Sequence record: NC_052657.1
DNA length: 64,000 nucleotides
Direction: 5' to 3' (one strand)
Origin: Escherichia phage muut
In this document: in pieces, positions 16,292 to 25,536 of the stretch
Numbering within the stretch: the stretch's first letter is position 1
Layout of the letters: each line of letters opens with the position of its first letter
The notes under the pieces: generated by a model
Seen by the model: only the letters and a program-made list of their open reading frames with translations
What the model was told of the DNA's origin: nothing
Databases searched by the model: none
Made by a program: the position numbers and the translations under genes

Positions 16292-16566
16292 GAAAAACTT
16301 ATCTGAAGTGTTTGTCTGTTGTGCAAAATGAATGGTATTCAGGTTTGCTGACAGCAGGTAAGAAATATGAAGTGCTCAATAAACCAGGGGCAAGATTTTC
16401 ATTAATTAAGAACGACGAAGGCACTGAAATGCTTATTTCAGTTGCAGATTCTGTGTATGGTACTTTTGAGTTTGTCTATGAACATGCACCAATTATTCTT
16501 GAATACAGCGGTACAAACAAACCTTACACAGCTTTAGATGTGATCAACAACAAAAGGAATAAGTAA
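16288..16566 (+). CDS. hypothetical protein (92 aa)
   Basis: Track ORF, start overlaps upstream stop. Confidence 0.45.
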   Translation: MRKTYLKCLSVVQNEWYSGLLTAGKKYEVLNKPGARFSLIKNDEGTEMLISVADSVYGTFEFVYEHAPIILEYSGTNKPYTALDVINNKRNK

Positions 16567-16760
16567 TGTTTCTTATTTATTCAGGTAAAGCCAAATACAT
16601 GCAAGGTGTAAAGCGTGTAGAAGTAGCAGATACTGTAACTATAGGAAAATCCTTTATTCTTTATTTGTTTTATATCAATGGAGAAAGATTTGCTGTTTCT
16701 AAGAAGTTGGTAGATAATGGTAAAACTTGGAAAGAAGAGAAACAGGAAGGGGGTAGATAG
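16566..16760 (+). CDS. hypothetical protein (64 aa)
   Basis: Track ORF, start overlaps upstream stop. Confidence 0.4.
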   Translation: MFLIYSGKAKYMQGVKRVEVADTVTIGKSFILYLFYINGERFAVSKKLVDNGKTWKEEKQEGGR

Positions 16761-17101
16761 TGGCTAAAATTCTTTGGTTAGACGATTTAAGAGATCCTAA
16801 AGATTATGGTTATGAGGATGCCATTTGGTTAAAATCTTTTGAGGATTGGTTATCTTTTGTTTCAGATGAAGATAATTTCAATAATATCTCAGAGATACAC
16901 TTCGATAATGATCTTGGAGAAGATCAAGAAGGATATCATGCGTTCTTAGACGTAGAATGTATGTTGTACGCGGGTGAATGGGATGCTCTTAAAACTATCT
17001 ATGTTCATACATCAAATCCTTCTGCTGCTGGTAAATATATGTTAGCTAAGGAAAATTTTATTTCATCCTATGGTGTTGAAATTAAACGTGTTAACTATTA
17101 A
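16760..17101 (+). CDS. hypothetical protein (113 aa)
   Basis: Track ORF, start overlaps upstream stop. Confidence 0.45.
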   Translation: MAKILWLDDLRDPKDYGYEDAIWLKSFEDWLSFVSDEDNFNNISEIHFDNDLGEDQEGYHAFLDVECMLYAGEWDALKTIYVHTSNPSAAGKYMLAKENFISSYGVEIKRVNY

Positions 17102-17109
17102 GTAGGTAT

Positions 17110-17259
17110 TATGCATTACTCAGTTTGGTCAGAGCAAGAAGAGGATGAAGGGCGTTTTATCTATAAAGAGGAAGAAAACTGTAACGATATGAGTAATGAT
17201 CTTTTACTTCCTGATTACAGTTTTTTCGCTGATAGACTAAAAGAGTATAGGGAAAATTG
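17110..17259 (+). CDS. hypothetical acidic protein (49 aa)
   Basis: Sub-cutoff ORF filling gap; its stop overlaps next start (TGATG). Confidence 0.3.
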
Positions 17260-17619
17260 ATGTGCGCTACTAATCAACATGATATTTGTTACCAACCTCT
17301 TACCTGGATTGGTGAGGATCACTATGCTCAACGTGTTATAGTCTGCGCTGCGAATAAGTATATTCTCAATAATGGCGAAGAGTTAATTATTCCTTGTGTT
17401 AGACATGCAAATCCTGTACTATCTGCACAACTTAATGTTTTAAAAGATGCAGGATTGATTGATAAACTGTTTTGCTTACCTGATAATCAAGGGTTTATTG
17501 ATCAGTATTATAATTGGTGGAGTCGAAAAGATGCTTATATCATTGCAGATAACGCCAAACAAATTAACTACGAAAGAAATGGTCACAACAGTGAACTATT
17601 CAGCGAGGGATTATACTAA
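17257..17619 (+). CDS. hypothetical protein (120 aa)
   Basis: Track ORF; no motif recognised. Confidence 0.45.
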   Translation: MMCATNQHDICYQPLTWIGEDHYAQRVIVCAANKYILNNGEELIIPCVRHANPVLSAQLNVLKDAGLIDKLFCLPDNQGFIDQYYNWWSRKDAYIIADNAKQINYERNGHNSELFSEGLY

Positions 17620-18170
17620 TGTTTATTACAAGTGATTTGCATTTTATGCACAAACGTATCCGAGAGTTTGCTCCTGAATATCGCCCGTGGGAAGATATGG
17701 AGCATATGACAGAAGCACTGATCGAAGCATGGAATAAATGTGCCACAACACCAGGAGTAAAGATGTACCATCTTGGGGACTTCTGTTTCGGGACTGAAGA
17801 AGATACCCGTAAGATTGCTTCCCGTCTCCAAGGAGATATTACTTACTGTGTTGGGAACCATGATTACAGCAAACACAGAAAAGTGCTTGCAGAGTATGGA
17901 GAAGTTGTGTATTATGACGAAGTGAAATATCAGAAGCTGTTCTTCGTCTTAAGTCATTACCCTATGGCTGCCTGGAATAAACAAGGGCATGGATCAATCA
18001 TGCTACACGGACACTCTCACGGATCATTCCCTGATCATTTATATGGGAAAATGTTGGATGTTGGTTGGGATGCACACGGGAAAATCTTGCATTTTGACGA
18101 AATCATCTCTATTATGGATAAGCGTGATATTATTGTTGTAGATCATCATAAGATAATCAAAGGAGATTAA
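17619..18170 (+). CDS. calcineurin-like metallophosphoesterase (candidate RNA 3-prime/2-prime,3-prime-phosphatase)
   Basis: Motifs SDLHF, LGDFCFG, VGNHD, LHGHSHG; first gene of phosphoesterase-ligase-kinase trio. Confidence 0.65.
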   Translation: MFITSDLHFMHKRIREFAPEYRPWEDMEHMTEALIEAWNKCATTPGVKMYHLGDFCFGTEEDTRKIASRLQGDITYCVGNHDYSKHRKVLAEYGEVVYYDEVKYQKLFFVLSHYPMAAWNKQGHGSIMLHGHSHGSFPDHLYGKMLDVGWDAHGKILHFDEIISIMDKRDIIVVDHHKIIKGD

Positions 18171-18171
18171 G

Positions 18172-19104
18172 GTGGCTAAGTTCAATTGTGATGACCTGAT
18201 TGCAAAAGGTTTAGTGCATAAAAAAGAAGTTAAATCTGGAGAGTATGCTGGTCTTGCTGTACTTAAATACAAAAACAATGTATTCTGGGATAACTTGTGG
18301 AACGTTGACAAACGACTTTTAGATTGTCGTGGGTTGGTTGTTGACTCAGAAGACAATGTTGTTATTTGGCCTTTTACTAAAATCTTTAATCGTTTTGAAA
18401 ATGGTACAGATCTTCCAGCAGACGAAATTGTAGATGCTGTCCGTAAAGTAAACGGTTTTATGGCATCTGTAGGTGTGTACAAAGGGAAACTTGTTGTATC
18501 AACAACAGGGAGCCTAGAATCAGATTTCGCAATTATGGCAAAGAACCGTATTGTTTCCGAGTGTGACGACATAGAGTATTTCATTAAGTGGACAGAAAGT
18601 GCAAAAGCAACTTTTCTTTTTGAAATCTGTGATCCTTCTGATCCACATATTGTCGAAGAAGAACCAGGCGCATACTTAATTGGAGCAAGAATTCAAAATC
18701 TTGATGGGACAAGTTTCATGTTACCTGAAGGTGTTCTTGATGGGATTGCATCTGTTACAAAATTTAAACGTCCTGAAGTTTATCCGATGATTAAATTTTC
18801 AGATGTTGTTGAAATGTCTAAACATTGTAAACACGAAGGGTTTGTTGTTCGTGAAACAAACTATCCGTTTAACTTACTGTTAAAGATTAAGTCACCATAC
18901 TATCTTGCTAAAAAATTCCTTATGCGTGGTGGCAATAAGAAGTGGGATATGATTTGGGACAACCCAAACAATGCTAAACAAATTGTTGACGAAGAATATT
19001 ATACTTTGCTAGAATGGCTTCGAAACAACTTTACTAAGACTCAATGGGCTGCTTTAGATCCACAAGAGCGACGTAAAGAAATAGAAAACTTCTTTGGAGG
19101 CTAA
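18172..19104 (+). CDS. RNA ligase-like nucleotidyltransferase
   Basis: Motif I KVNGF, III FLFEICD, IV EGFVVRE, V LLKIKS; GTG start with AAAGGAG RBS. Confidence 0.55.
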   Translation: MAKFNCDDLIAKGLVHKKEVKSGEYAGLAVLKYKNNVFWDNLWNVDKRLLDCRGLVVDSEDNVVIWPFTKIFNRFENGTDLPADEIVDAVRKVNGFMASVGVYKGKLVVSTTGSLESDFAIMAKNRIVSECDDIEYFIKWTESAKATFLFEICDPSDPHIVEEEPGAYLIGARIQNLDGTSFMLPEGVLDGIASVTKFKRPEVYPMIKFSDVVEMSKHCKHEGFVVRETNYPFNLLLKIKSPYYLAKKFLMRGGNKKWDMIWDNPNNAKQIVDEEYYTLLEWLRNNFTKTQWAALDPQERRKEIENFFGG

Positions 19105-19509
19105 ATGAAACAACTTATCATCTTACGTGGTGTTTCAGGTGCAGGTAAATCTACAGTAGCAGAAATTATTTCTGAAGGTTATTGGCCTATCTGTGAGGCA
19201 GATCAATATCATTACACAGAAAGTGGTGTTTACGATTGGAAGCCAGAGAATGTAGGTAAAGCACACGCATGGTGTCAGAGTATTGTTCGTGATGCTATGG
19301 CATCTAATATTAAAAAGATTATTGTCTCTAACACTTCAACCACAGAGAAAGAACTTAAACCTTATTTAACTCTTGCTGAAGAGTTTGGTTATCAAGTTAT
19401 CTCTTTAGTAGTTGAAAATAGGCACGGTAACGACTCAATTCATGAGGTTCCACAACATATTCGTGATCAGCAAGAGAAACGTCTTCGCAGTTCACTTAAA
19501 CTACAATAA
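19105..19509 (+). CDS. polynucleotide 5-prime-kinase-like P-loop kinase
   Basis: ILRGVSGAGKST P-loop and later segment resembling T4 Pnk kinase domain. Confidence 0.6.
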   Translation: MKQLIILRGVSGAGKSTVAEIISEGYWPICEADQYHYTESGVYDWKPENVGKAHAWCQSIVRDAMASNIKKIIVSNTSTTEKELKPYLTLAEEFGYQVISLVVENRHGNDSIHEVPQHIRDQQEKRLRSSLKLQ

Positions 19510-19518
19510 GGAGAGTGT

Positions 19519-19839
19519 ATGGAAATTTATTCTGGTGAAGGTAAGTATTTTACAGTAGTCGATAATGGTGAAATTATTATTTATCGCTACGGAAGTGAGT
19601 GGAGGAACGAGACAGGAGACGGCTATATCTTATCTTTGCTCCGTTTGATTAATGATCTTACGGAAGAACTTGAAGAAACAAAACGTTCATATGATGACCA
19701 AGTAGATTCATTAGAAAACATTATTTCAGATCTAAATGAAGAAGTTTGTTATTTGAGTGGACAAGTTTCAGAGTTAACACTGGAATGTGAAGATTTAGGT
19801 GATGTTATTGCAGATTTAAATGAACGTCTTAAGGATTAA
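19519..19839 (+). CDS. hypothetical coiled-coil protein (106 aa)
   Basis: Track ORF; heptad-like acidic C-terminal half. Confidence 0.4.
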   Translation: MEIYSGEGKYFTVVDNGEIIIYRYGSEWRNETGDGYILSLLRLINDLTEELEETKRSYDDQVDSLENIISDLNEEVCYLSGQVSELTLECEDLGDVIADLNERLKD

Positions 19840-19842
19840 TAT

Positions 19843-20067
19843 ATGAGTACAGCTATCTATGTTAAAGGTGTAAGCGAAGATCAACAAATGTTATTCTCAT
19901 TTGGTGAGAATACTGAAATGGAAGATATGTTTAATGATATCCTTGATGCCCTTTCTTCGGAAGGGTTCACAATGATTACATACTTTATGGCAACATCTTC
20001 TGAATATGTTGATACAGATCTTGAAGATTTGATGGAAGAAATTCAAACTCTTGTGTATAATTGGTAA
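19843..20067 (+). CDS. hypothetical acidic protein (74 aa)
   Basis: Track ORF. Confidence 0.4.
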   Translation: MSTAIYVKGVSEDQQMLFSFGENTEMEDMFNDILDALSSEGFTMITYFMATSSEYVDTDLEDLMEEIQTLVYNW

Positions 20068-20264
20068 GGTTAACTATGACATTTATTGAAGAACTAACGA
20101 GAATTGCAAACGCGCCTAACAGTAGTGAAGATCCTTACTTTATGGTGGATGATTACACTGGTGGTAATATTGATGATGCCTATGAACTAGGCAGACTACA
20201 CGGTGAAATTGAAATGGCTAAATGGGTTCTTTCGCAACTGGAGGTTAAAGATGAAACAAACTAA
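20061..20264 (+). CDS. hypothetical protein (67 aa)
   Basis: Track ORF; overlaps both neighbours by a few codons. Confidence 0.35.
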   Translation: MVRLTMTFIEELTRIANAPNSSEDPYFMVDDYTGGNIDDAYELGRLHGEIEMAKWVLSQLEVKDETN

Positions 20265-21366
20265 TCCTACATTGTATGGTAAAACTTCTACAGGTAAAAT
20301 TAAACAGTGGTCAGTCTATACCGAAGGTAGTGTTGTAACTGTTGCTCATGGTCAATTAGGTGGAAAGATTACTAGCAAATCTTATACAGCAGAACCTAAA
20401 AATATTGGTCGCTCAAATGAAACAACAGCAGAAGAACAAGCTGAAATAGAAGCTCTTGCCAAATGGACAAAACAACTTAAGAATGGGTATTATAAAACAA
20501 AAGAGGAAGCTGAAAACCATGTTCCTTCCACACCCATGAAATGTCAGGATTATAAAGATTATGCTGATCGTGTTTTGTTCCCAGGTTATGCACAATATAA
20601 ATTGAATGGTCTACGTTCAATGATTAACATGCAAGGTGAATGTTTATCTAAAGCTGGGGAAGTATATAAACTTCCACCTCACTGGAAAGAAATTCCAACC
20701 TTCATTAAAGAAGTAGTTGGTCATCCTCTTGATGGTGAAGTTTTTGCTGGTCTGGGTGTCCTTAGCCTTCAACAAATTAATAGTGCGTGGAAAAAGCACA
20801 ATGCTAACACACCGCTTCTTAAATATTATGTATACGATGTTCCTGTGGCATCTGTACCATTTGAGAAGAGGGTTCAAGTTTTGGCTGCTCTAAAAGAAGT
20901 TGTTGAAGATAAAGGTTTAGATGAACTTATTTGTGTAGTACATACAGAGTACATTGAAAACCAAGAACAGTTTGATGCTTTCTATGCAAAAGCTCTACAT
21001 GAGAAAGCGGAAGGTGTGGTGTATCGTAACGCACAAGGTGTTTACGAATTCGATAAACGTTCTTATGATGTTATTAAACGTAAACCACGTCAGACGCTTG
21101 AAGTTAAAGTGGTAAGTGCAAAGCGTGATAAAAATGGTGACGGGGTATTGACAGGCGAGATGGAAAATGGTAAAGTAGTCGAATTCCTGATGCGTAAGGA
21201 TTCAGATGAAACCATTAACTATCGTAAAGCAGAAAATGCCGAAATGTTAATTGGTAAATTTGTTGAGATTGAGTATGAAGAGTTTTCCGATGGTGGAATA
21301 CCTACGAAACCAACAGGTGTCCGTTTACGGGAAATGGTGGAGGGAACATGGGAGCCAAGAGAGTAG
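20251..21366 (+). CDS. ATP-dependent polynucleotide (DNA) ligase
   Basis: Start reset to ATG 20251 (GGAGG RBS); motifs KLNG, LDGEV, EGVVYRN, VIKRK and OB-like C-terminus. Confidence 0.5.
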   Translation: MKQTNPTLYGKTSTGKIKQWSVYTEGSVVTVAHGQLGGKITSKSYTAEPKNIGRSNETTAEEQAEIEALAKWTKQLKNGYYKTKEEAENHVPSTPMKCQDYKDYADRVLFPGYAQYKLNGLRSMINMQGECLSKAGEVYKLPPHWKEIPTFIKEVVGHPLDGEVFAGLGVLSLQQINSAWKKHNANTPLLKYYVYDVPVASVPFEKRVQVLAALKEVVEDKGLDELICVVHTEYIENQEQFDAFYAKALHEKAEGVVYRNAQGVYEFDKRSYDVIKRKPRQTLEVKVVSAKRDKNGDGVLTGEMENGKVVEFLMRKDSDETINYRKAENAEMLIGKFVEIEYEEFSDGGIPTKPTGVRLREMVEGTWEPRE

Positions 21367-21977
21367 ACTTTGTAGGTAAGAAATGCGGTTGTTATACTGT
21401 CTTAGAAGAGATTGAAAGGGACAAACATGGCAAAAGACGTTTTACTTGTTCTTGTGATTGTGGTAATATTTGCACGGTAACTATGGAAACACTTAGGAAG
21501 AATAGAAGTTCTTATTGTTCCAAGTGTAGACCGAAAACAACACAAACAGGAGCATACAAATCGTGGGAAGCTATGTTAGGGAGATGCTATAACAAAAACA
21601 ATACTCACTTTGAATACTACGGTGGTCGTGGTATTAAGGTTTGTGATGCTTGGAGAAATTCATTCTCTGCATTCTTTGAGGATATGGGAGATAGACCTAA
21701 AGGCTTATCTCTTGACAGAATAGACTCGGAAAAAGATTACAGTAAAGAAAATTGTCGCTGGGCTACAAGGTCTGTCCAGTCATACAATACACGAAAACAG
21801 AAAAATAACACTTCTGGTAAAACAGGTGTTGTGTGGAGCGAGAAAGAAAAAAGATGGATTGCTCGTATATCCTATCAAGGAAAAGATATCCGTCTTGGAG
21901 CATTTATTGATATTGAAGATGCTATATCAGCAAGACAGGAAGCTGAAGTATTGTATTTTGGCAAGATTAAAACATAA
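21348..21977 (+). CDS. HNH-family homing endonuclease-like protein
   Basis: Cys cluster (KCGCY...CSCDCG) and segment YGGRGIKVCDAW...SLDRID...NCRWAT seen in phage HNH annotations; overlaps ligase end. Confidence 0.45.
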   Translation: MGAKRVDFVGKKCGCYTVLEEIERDKHGKRRFTCSCDCGNICTVTMETLRKNRSSYCSKCRPKTTQTGAYKSWEAMLGRCYNKNNTHFEYYGGRGIKVCDAWRNSFSAFFEDMGDRPKGLSLDRIDSEKDYSKENCRWATRSVQSYNTRKQKNNTSGKTGVVWSEKEKRWIARISYQGKDIRLGAFIDIEDAISARQEAEVLYFGKIKT

Positions 21978-21988
21978 AGGAGGTTGCA

Positions 21989-22180
21989 ATGAGCATTGAA
22001 GTTATTTTGATTCTTGTGTTGCTTTCTATTGTTGCTTGTGGTATAATTGTCGCATCAACTTTCCCTCACCCAACATGGTGGCAGAAGGCTAGTCTGATGA
22101 TTGTCTACGGTGCAGCAGGTGTACAAATGGGTGCAGTTGTTGTATATCTGGTGGAATTTACAAAACAATATTTTAAATAA
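21989..22180 (+). CDS. small membrane protein (63 aa)
   Basis: Two predicted TM helices. Confidence 0.4.
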   Translation: MSIEVILILVLLSIVACGIIVASTFPHPTWWQKASLMIVYGAAGVQMGAVVVYLVEFTKQYFK

Positions 22181-22189
22181 GGAGAAACA

Positions 22190-22912
22190 ATGATCGAGAA
22201 TTTTTTCAAACAAGTAAAAGTGGACAATAGCTTCTTTATCAAAGCTGCCGATCAAATTGTTGCTTGGAATGCTAAGGCACGTGGTGGAGTAACTCCAGAG
22301 TTTACTCAAGAGATGTTTGAAGCTCAACTTTCTTTTGTACGAGAAGAACTTAAAGAGTTCCAAGCAGCAGCACAGGAAAATGATCACGTTGAATTACTTG
22401 ATGCAGCAGCAGATATTTTTGTGGTAGCATCCTATCTGGCATTTATGTTCTTTGGTAAAGAAGGTGTTGATAAAGCTCTGGAAATGCCGACAGGAGATGT
22501 TCTGGCAGAAAACATTTACGATGTTATCATTGAATTCGATAAAATGGTAGAAAATGACTTGCAATTTGCCTTAATGTCTCTTACACTTACCCGTATGGCA
22601 CGAGATACTTTGGTGCGTTCTGTTTATAACGAGAAGAAGGTTATGCGTGAAGTGTTGAATAGCAATGAATCCAAGTATCCTACCAAGAAGCAACTCCTGG
22701 CTATTTGGGAAACTAAGGATATTATTGAAGCTCTTGAAAAAGAGTGCGATGCTATCGAGATGCGAAGCAAAGATCGTGCAGAAGGTTCTTATACTGGGGT
22801 ACATGCTGTATATAACGAAGTTCAAAAGGTATACGTATTCTTTGATGACAAAGGTAAAATTATGAAACCATCTACCTTTGTTAAACCTAATATCGCAGCA
22901 ATCATTGCTTAA
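22190..22912 (+). CDS. MazG-like NTP pyrophosphohydrolase (tentative)
   Basis: REELKEF...DHVELLDAAADIFVVA resembles the MazG/HisE EExxE...DxxD metal-binding helix pair. Confidence 0.35.
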   Translation: MIENFFKQVKVDNSFFIKAADQIVAWNAKARGGVTPEFTQEMFEAQLSFVREELKEFQAAAQENDHVELLDAAADIFVVASYLAFMFFGKEGVDKALEMPTGDVLAENIYDVIIEFDKMVENDLQFALMSLTLTRMARDTLVRSVYNEKKVMREVLNSNESKYPTKKQLLAIWETKDIIEALEKECDAIEMRSKDRAEGSYTGVHAVYNEVQKVYVFFDDKGKIMKPSTFVKPNIAAIIA

Positions 22913-22919
22913 GAAATAA

Positions 22920-22939
22920 AGCCCCTTCGGGGGCTTATT
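22920..22939 (+). terminator. putative terminator hairpin (UUCG loop)
   Basis: AGCCCC-ttcg-GGGGCT then TATTGG; T-run weak. Confidence 0.35.
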
Positions 22940-22948
22940 GGAGGTATT

Positions 22949-23227
22949 ATGTTAACAGCAGAAGATATCTTTAAACACGGTTTGCGTCAGGTAATCAAAT
23001 CCTTGAAGAATGCAGGTATTGAAGATATCACACAGGAAATTGTTGGTTTAGAAAAAGAAGGTAAGAGAACAGAGTTTAAGTTTTACACAGAAGAACAGTG
23101 GCTGAGTAATCCGCAAAACAAAGCTAATGAGGCTGTTAGTCTGTTTGGTAAATCTTATAAAGGATTTAAATATCCTGATCATATTGTCGAATATGATGGT
23201 GTAAAATATTTTGTAGTTATTATTTGA
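22949..23227 (+). CDS. hypothetical protein (92 aa)
   Basis: Track ORF. Confidence 0.4.
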   Translation: MLTAEDIFKHGLRQVIKSLKNAGIEDITQEIVGLEKEGKRTEFKFYTEEQWLSNPQNKANEAVSLFGKSYKGFKYPDHIVEYDGVKYFVVII

Positions 23228-23237
23228 GGAGAAAACT

Positions 23238-24122
23238 ATGTTTGCTAAAAATTTCAAATCTTGCGTAACCCTGATTTCTGGTGATGGTCTGTCTATTTCC
23301 GCACTGAACACAGTAACAGACAAACCGCTGGATTTTGTTGTGGCACAGGGGCAACAAGCACATACCATTGGTCTTGTTCGTTTTGAAGATGATGGTTCCT
23401 ATGTAAAAGTGTTCTCTGGTTTAGAGGTTATTAAAGTAGGGCAATCTGTTAAGAAAGTTAACAAGAAAAAAGTTAAACGCATTCTTAATGAAAAACTCCA
23501 AGAGATGGAACAAGAGTTTATTGCTGCAAATCCTACTAAAGAATTCTTCTTGGATAAAGAAAGTAAAAAAGCAATTGAGGCTGATATCGTGTTTTCTCTG
23601 CTCCCAGAAACAGAGGCAGATGATTTCTATAACTATGTTGTTGTAGACACTGAGAACAGTATTACCTACGTTCTTAATGGTACTAAGAAAATTAGTGAAG
23701 ATATTGCTGTGTTTCTTCGTGAGGTGTTGGGTACTTTCCCAGTTCTGCCGTTTAGTGTACACGAAGAAGCCATTATTAAAGGTTTTGATACCATCTTAGA
23801 AGAACATGAGGCTGAACGACTGACCCTTGGTAATTATATTAAACTTGAAGATTCTGAAGGTGTGGTTGTATGGAGTAAAGAATCCCTTTATGAATCTCGT
23901 GCAGTAGAACTTATGGAAGATGGTAAGCACGTTGTTGCCATTGGCCTGGAATATGACGGTTTCGTTAACTTTATTGTTGATAAAGAATTTAAGTTGAGTG
24001 GTATTAAATTCCCTAAATACTTTAACGATGAAGAAGGATCTTTTGAAGCATCTGTCCTTCTGTGCTTTAATGAAATCCGTGGTATTATGCAAGACCTTAT
24101 TAAGTCAACTATTCAAAAATAA
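23238..24122 (+). CDS. hypothetical protein (294 aa)
   Basis: Track ORF; no motif recognised. Confidence 0.45.
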   Translation: MFAKNFKSCVTLISGDGLSISALNTVTDKPLDFVVAQGQQAHTIGLVRFEDDGSYVKVFSGLEVIKVGQSVKKVNKKKVKRILNEKLQEMEQEFIAANPTKEFFLDKESKKAIEADIVFSLLPETEADDFYNYVVVDTENSITYVLNGTKKISEDIAVFLREVLGTFPVLPFSVHEEAIIKGFDTILEEHEAERLTLGNYIKLEDSEGVVVWSKESLYESRAVELMEDGKHVVAIGLEYDGFVNFIVDKEFKLSGIKFPKYFNDEEGSFEASVLLCFNEIRGIMQDLIKSTIQK

Positions 24123-24125
24123 TAC

Positions 24126-24155
24126 TTGACTTACTAATTTAATATGTGTTAATAT
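24126..24155 (+). promoter_or_regulatory. sigma70-like promoter (TTGACT-18-TAATAT) followed by 5-prime-UTR hairpin
   Basis: -35 TTGACT at 24126; 7-bp hairpin 24156-24178; then AAGGAGA RBS and ATG 24197. Confidence 0.5.
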
Positions 24156-24196
24156 GCCTACCTACTTAGTTAGGTGGGCTTTTAAGGAGACACACC

Positions 24197-24409
24197 ATGA
24201 AAAAACTTCTTGTCGGTTTACTTTTAGTAATCAGTTCTTATTCTTATGCTGGTCAAATAACTTTAATTAATTCTGGAGAACAAGTTTCTGGAAGTACAAA
24301 ATACTGTTTTTACTCTAACGGTATGTACGACAAGGTTATAGAGGTTTCTGCAAGTCGTCAGTGTCCCTACACACGAACATTCTCAACAGAGAGTTCAGAT
24401 GATGAATAG
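24197..24409 (+). CDS. small secreted protein (70 aa)
   Basis: N-terminal signal peptide MKKLLVGLLLVISSYSYA. Confidence 0.4.
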   Translation: MKKLLVGLLLVISSYSYAGQITLINSGEQVSGSTKYCFYSNGMYDKVIEVSASRQCPYTRTFSTESSDDE

Positions 24410-24417
24410 GAGGTAAT

Positions 24418-25536
24418 ATTAGCGGTTACATTTTAATCCAACCGGAAGACCTGCACAAATATGTTGACGAGAACACAATTCTTGCAATAGACTACGATCA
24501 AGTGGCGTTCCAAGCATCTTCAGCTTTAGAGCAAAGAAAAATCCACGCTGTACACAAGGCTTCCGGTAATGTAAAAGAGTTTGAAACAAGAACAGATTTT
24601 TGGGGTAAATCTTCAAAAAATATTGGAGGATGGTTAGGAGCACTTAACGCGCAACGCGAAGCTGCTGGTAAGAAGTTGTTCTCCAAGGAAGATTTTGAAA
24701 TAAAAGATGTTCAAATAGTCCCAGAGAATATTTCTTTTACGTTTCAAGCTGCAAAGACAAAAATAACCCAGATGGTGGATCACCTAAAACTTCAAAAGTA
24801 TTGCGGTGTCATCGGGGTAGGAAAAACCTTCCGGCATTCTTTCAAAATGCCAAAAGAATATAAATCAGAACGATCAGATTTAAGACCAATCCAATTATCA
24901 GATACTAAAGATTATCTAGTTGAAAAACATAACGGTGACGTTGTTACTGGTATTGAGGCAGATGATGCTTTAGAAATCTATGGATATGCAGGGTATAAAG
25001 CCTACAAGGAAACTGGTAAGTTTTCTCATATTGTAGCATCTATCGACAAAGATAGCTTACACACACCAAGTTTACTCTTTAACTTTTATAAAGAGGATGG
25101 TGTTTATAAAAATCCTTGTGTTATTCTGATTGATGAATCTATCGGTGATATCTGGATCGTAGAAAAAGGTAAGAAAAAAGAAGTTAAGGGTTGGGGTAGT
25201 TACTGGTTAGCTTATCAAATGCTAATGGGCGATAAGACAGATAGTATTCGACCTTACCAAGATTTCGATGTTAAGTTTGGAGATATTACTTGCTTTAATC
25301 TTATTTCCAAATGTAAAACACAGGCTGAACTTTTTCAGACAGTTAAAGATCAGTATTATGAATGGTTCCCAGATGGCGTTAAATTTACTTCTTGGGATGG
25401 TGAAGAAGTAGAAATGACAACTGATGAATGGATAGAGACAATTTTTCAGTTGGTATATATGAAACGTTGGGCGAATGATGAAACAACTTTTGAAAGTATG
25501 CTACAAGCATATATTTCAGAGCAGGAGGAACATTGA
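24418..25536 (+). CDS. rnh: RNase H / 5-prime-3-prime flap exonuclease (T4 rnh-like); non-AUG start likely
   Basis: Motifs ILAIDYDQVAF, EADDALEIYG, SIDKDS, MGDKTDSIRP; conserved N-terminus lies upstream of first in-frame ATG/GTG. Confidence 0.65.
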   Translation: MSGYILIQPEDLHKYVDENTILAIDYDQVAFQASSALEQRKIHAVHKASGNVKEFETRTDFWGKSSKNIGGWLGALNAQREAAGKKLFSKEDFEIKDVQIVPENISFTFQAAKTKITQMVDHLKLQKYCGVIGVGKTFRHSFKMPKEYKSERSDLRPIQLSDTKDYLVEKHNGDVVTGIEADDALEIYGYAGYKAYKETGKFSHIVASIDKDSLHTPSLLFNFYKEDGVYKNPCVILIDESIGDIWIVEKGKKKEVKGWGSYWLAYQMLMGDKTDSIRPYQDFDVKFGDITCFNLISKCKTQAELFQTVKDQYYEWFPDGVKFTSWDGEEVEMTTDEWIETIFQLVYMKRWANDETTFESMLQAYISEQEEH

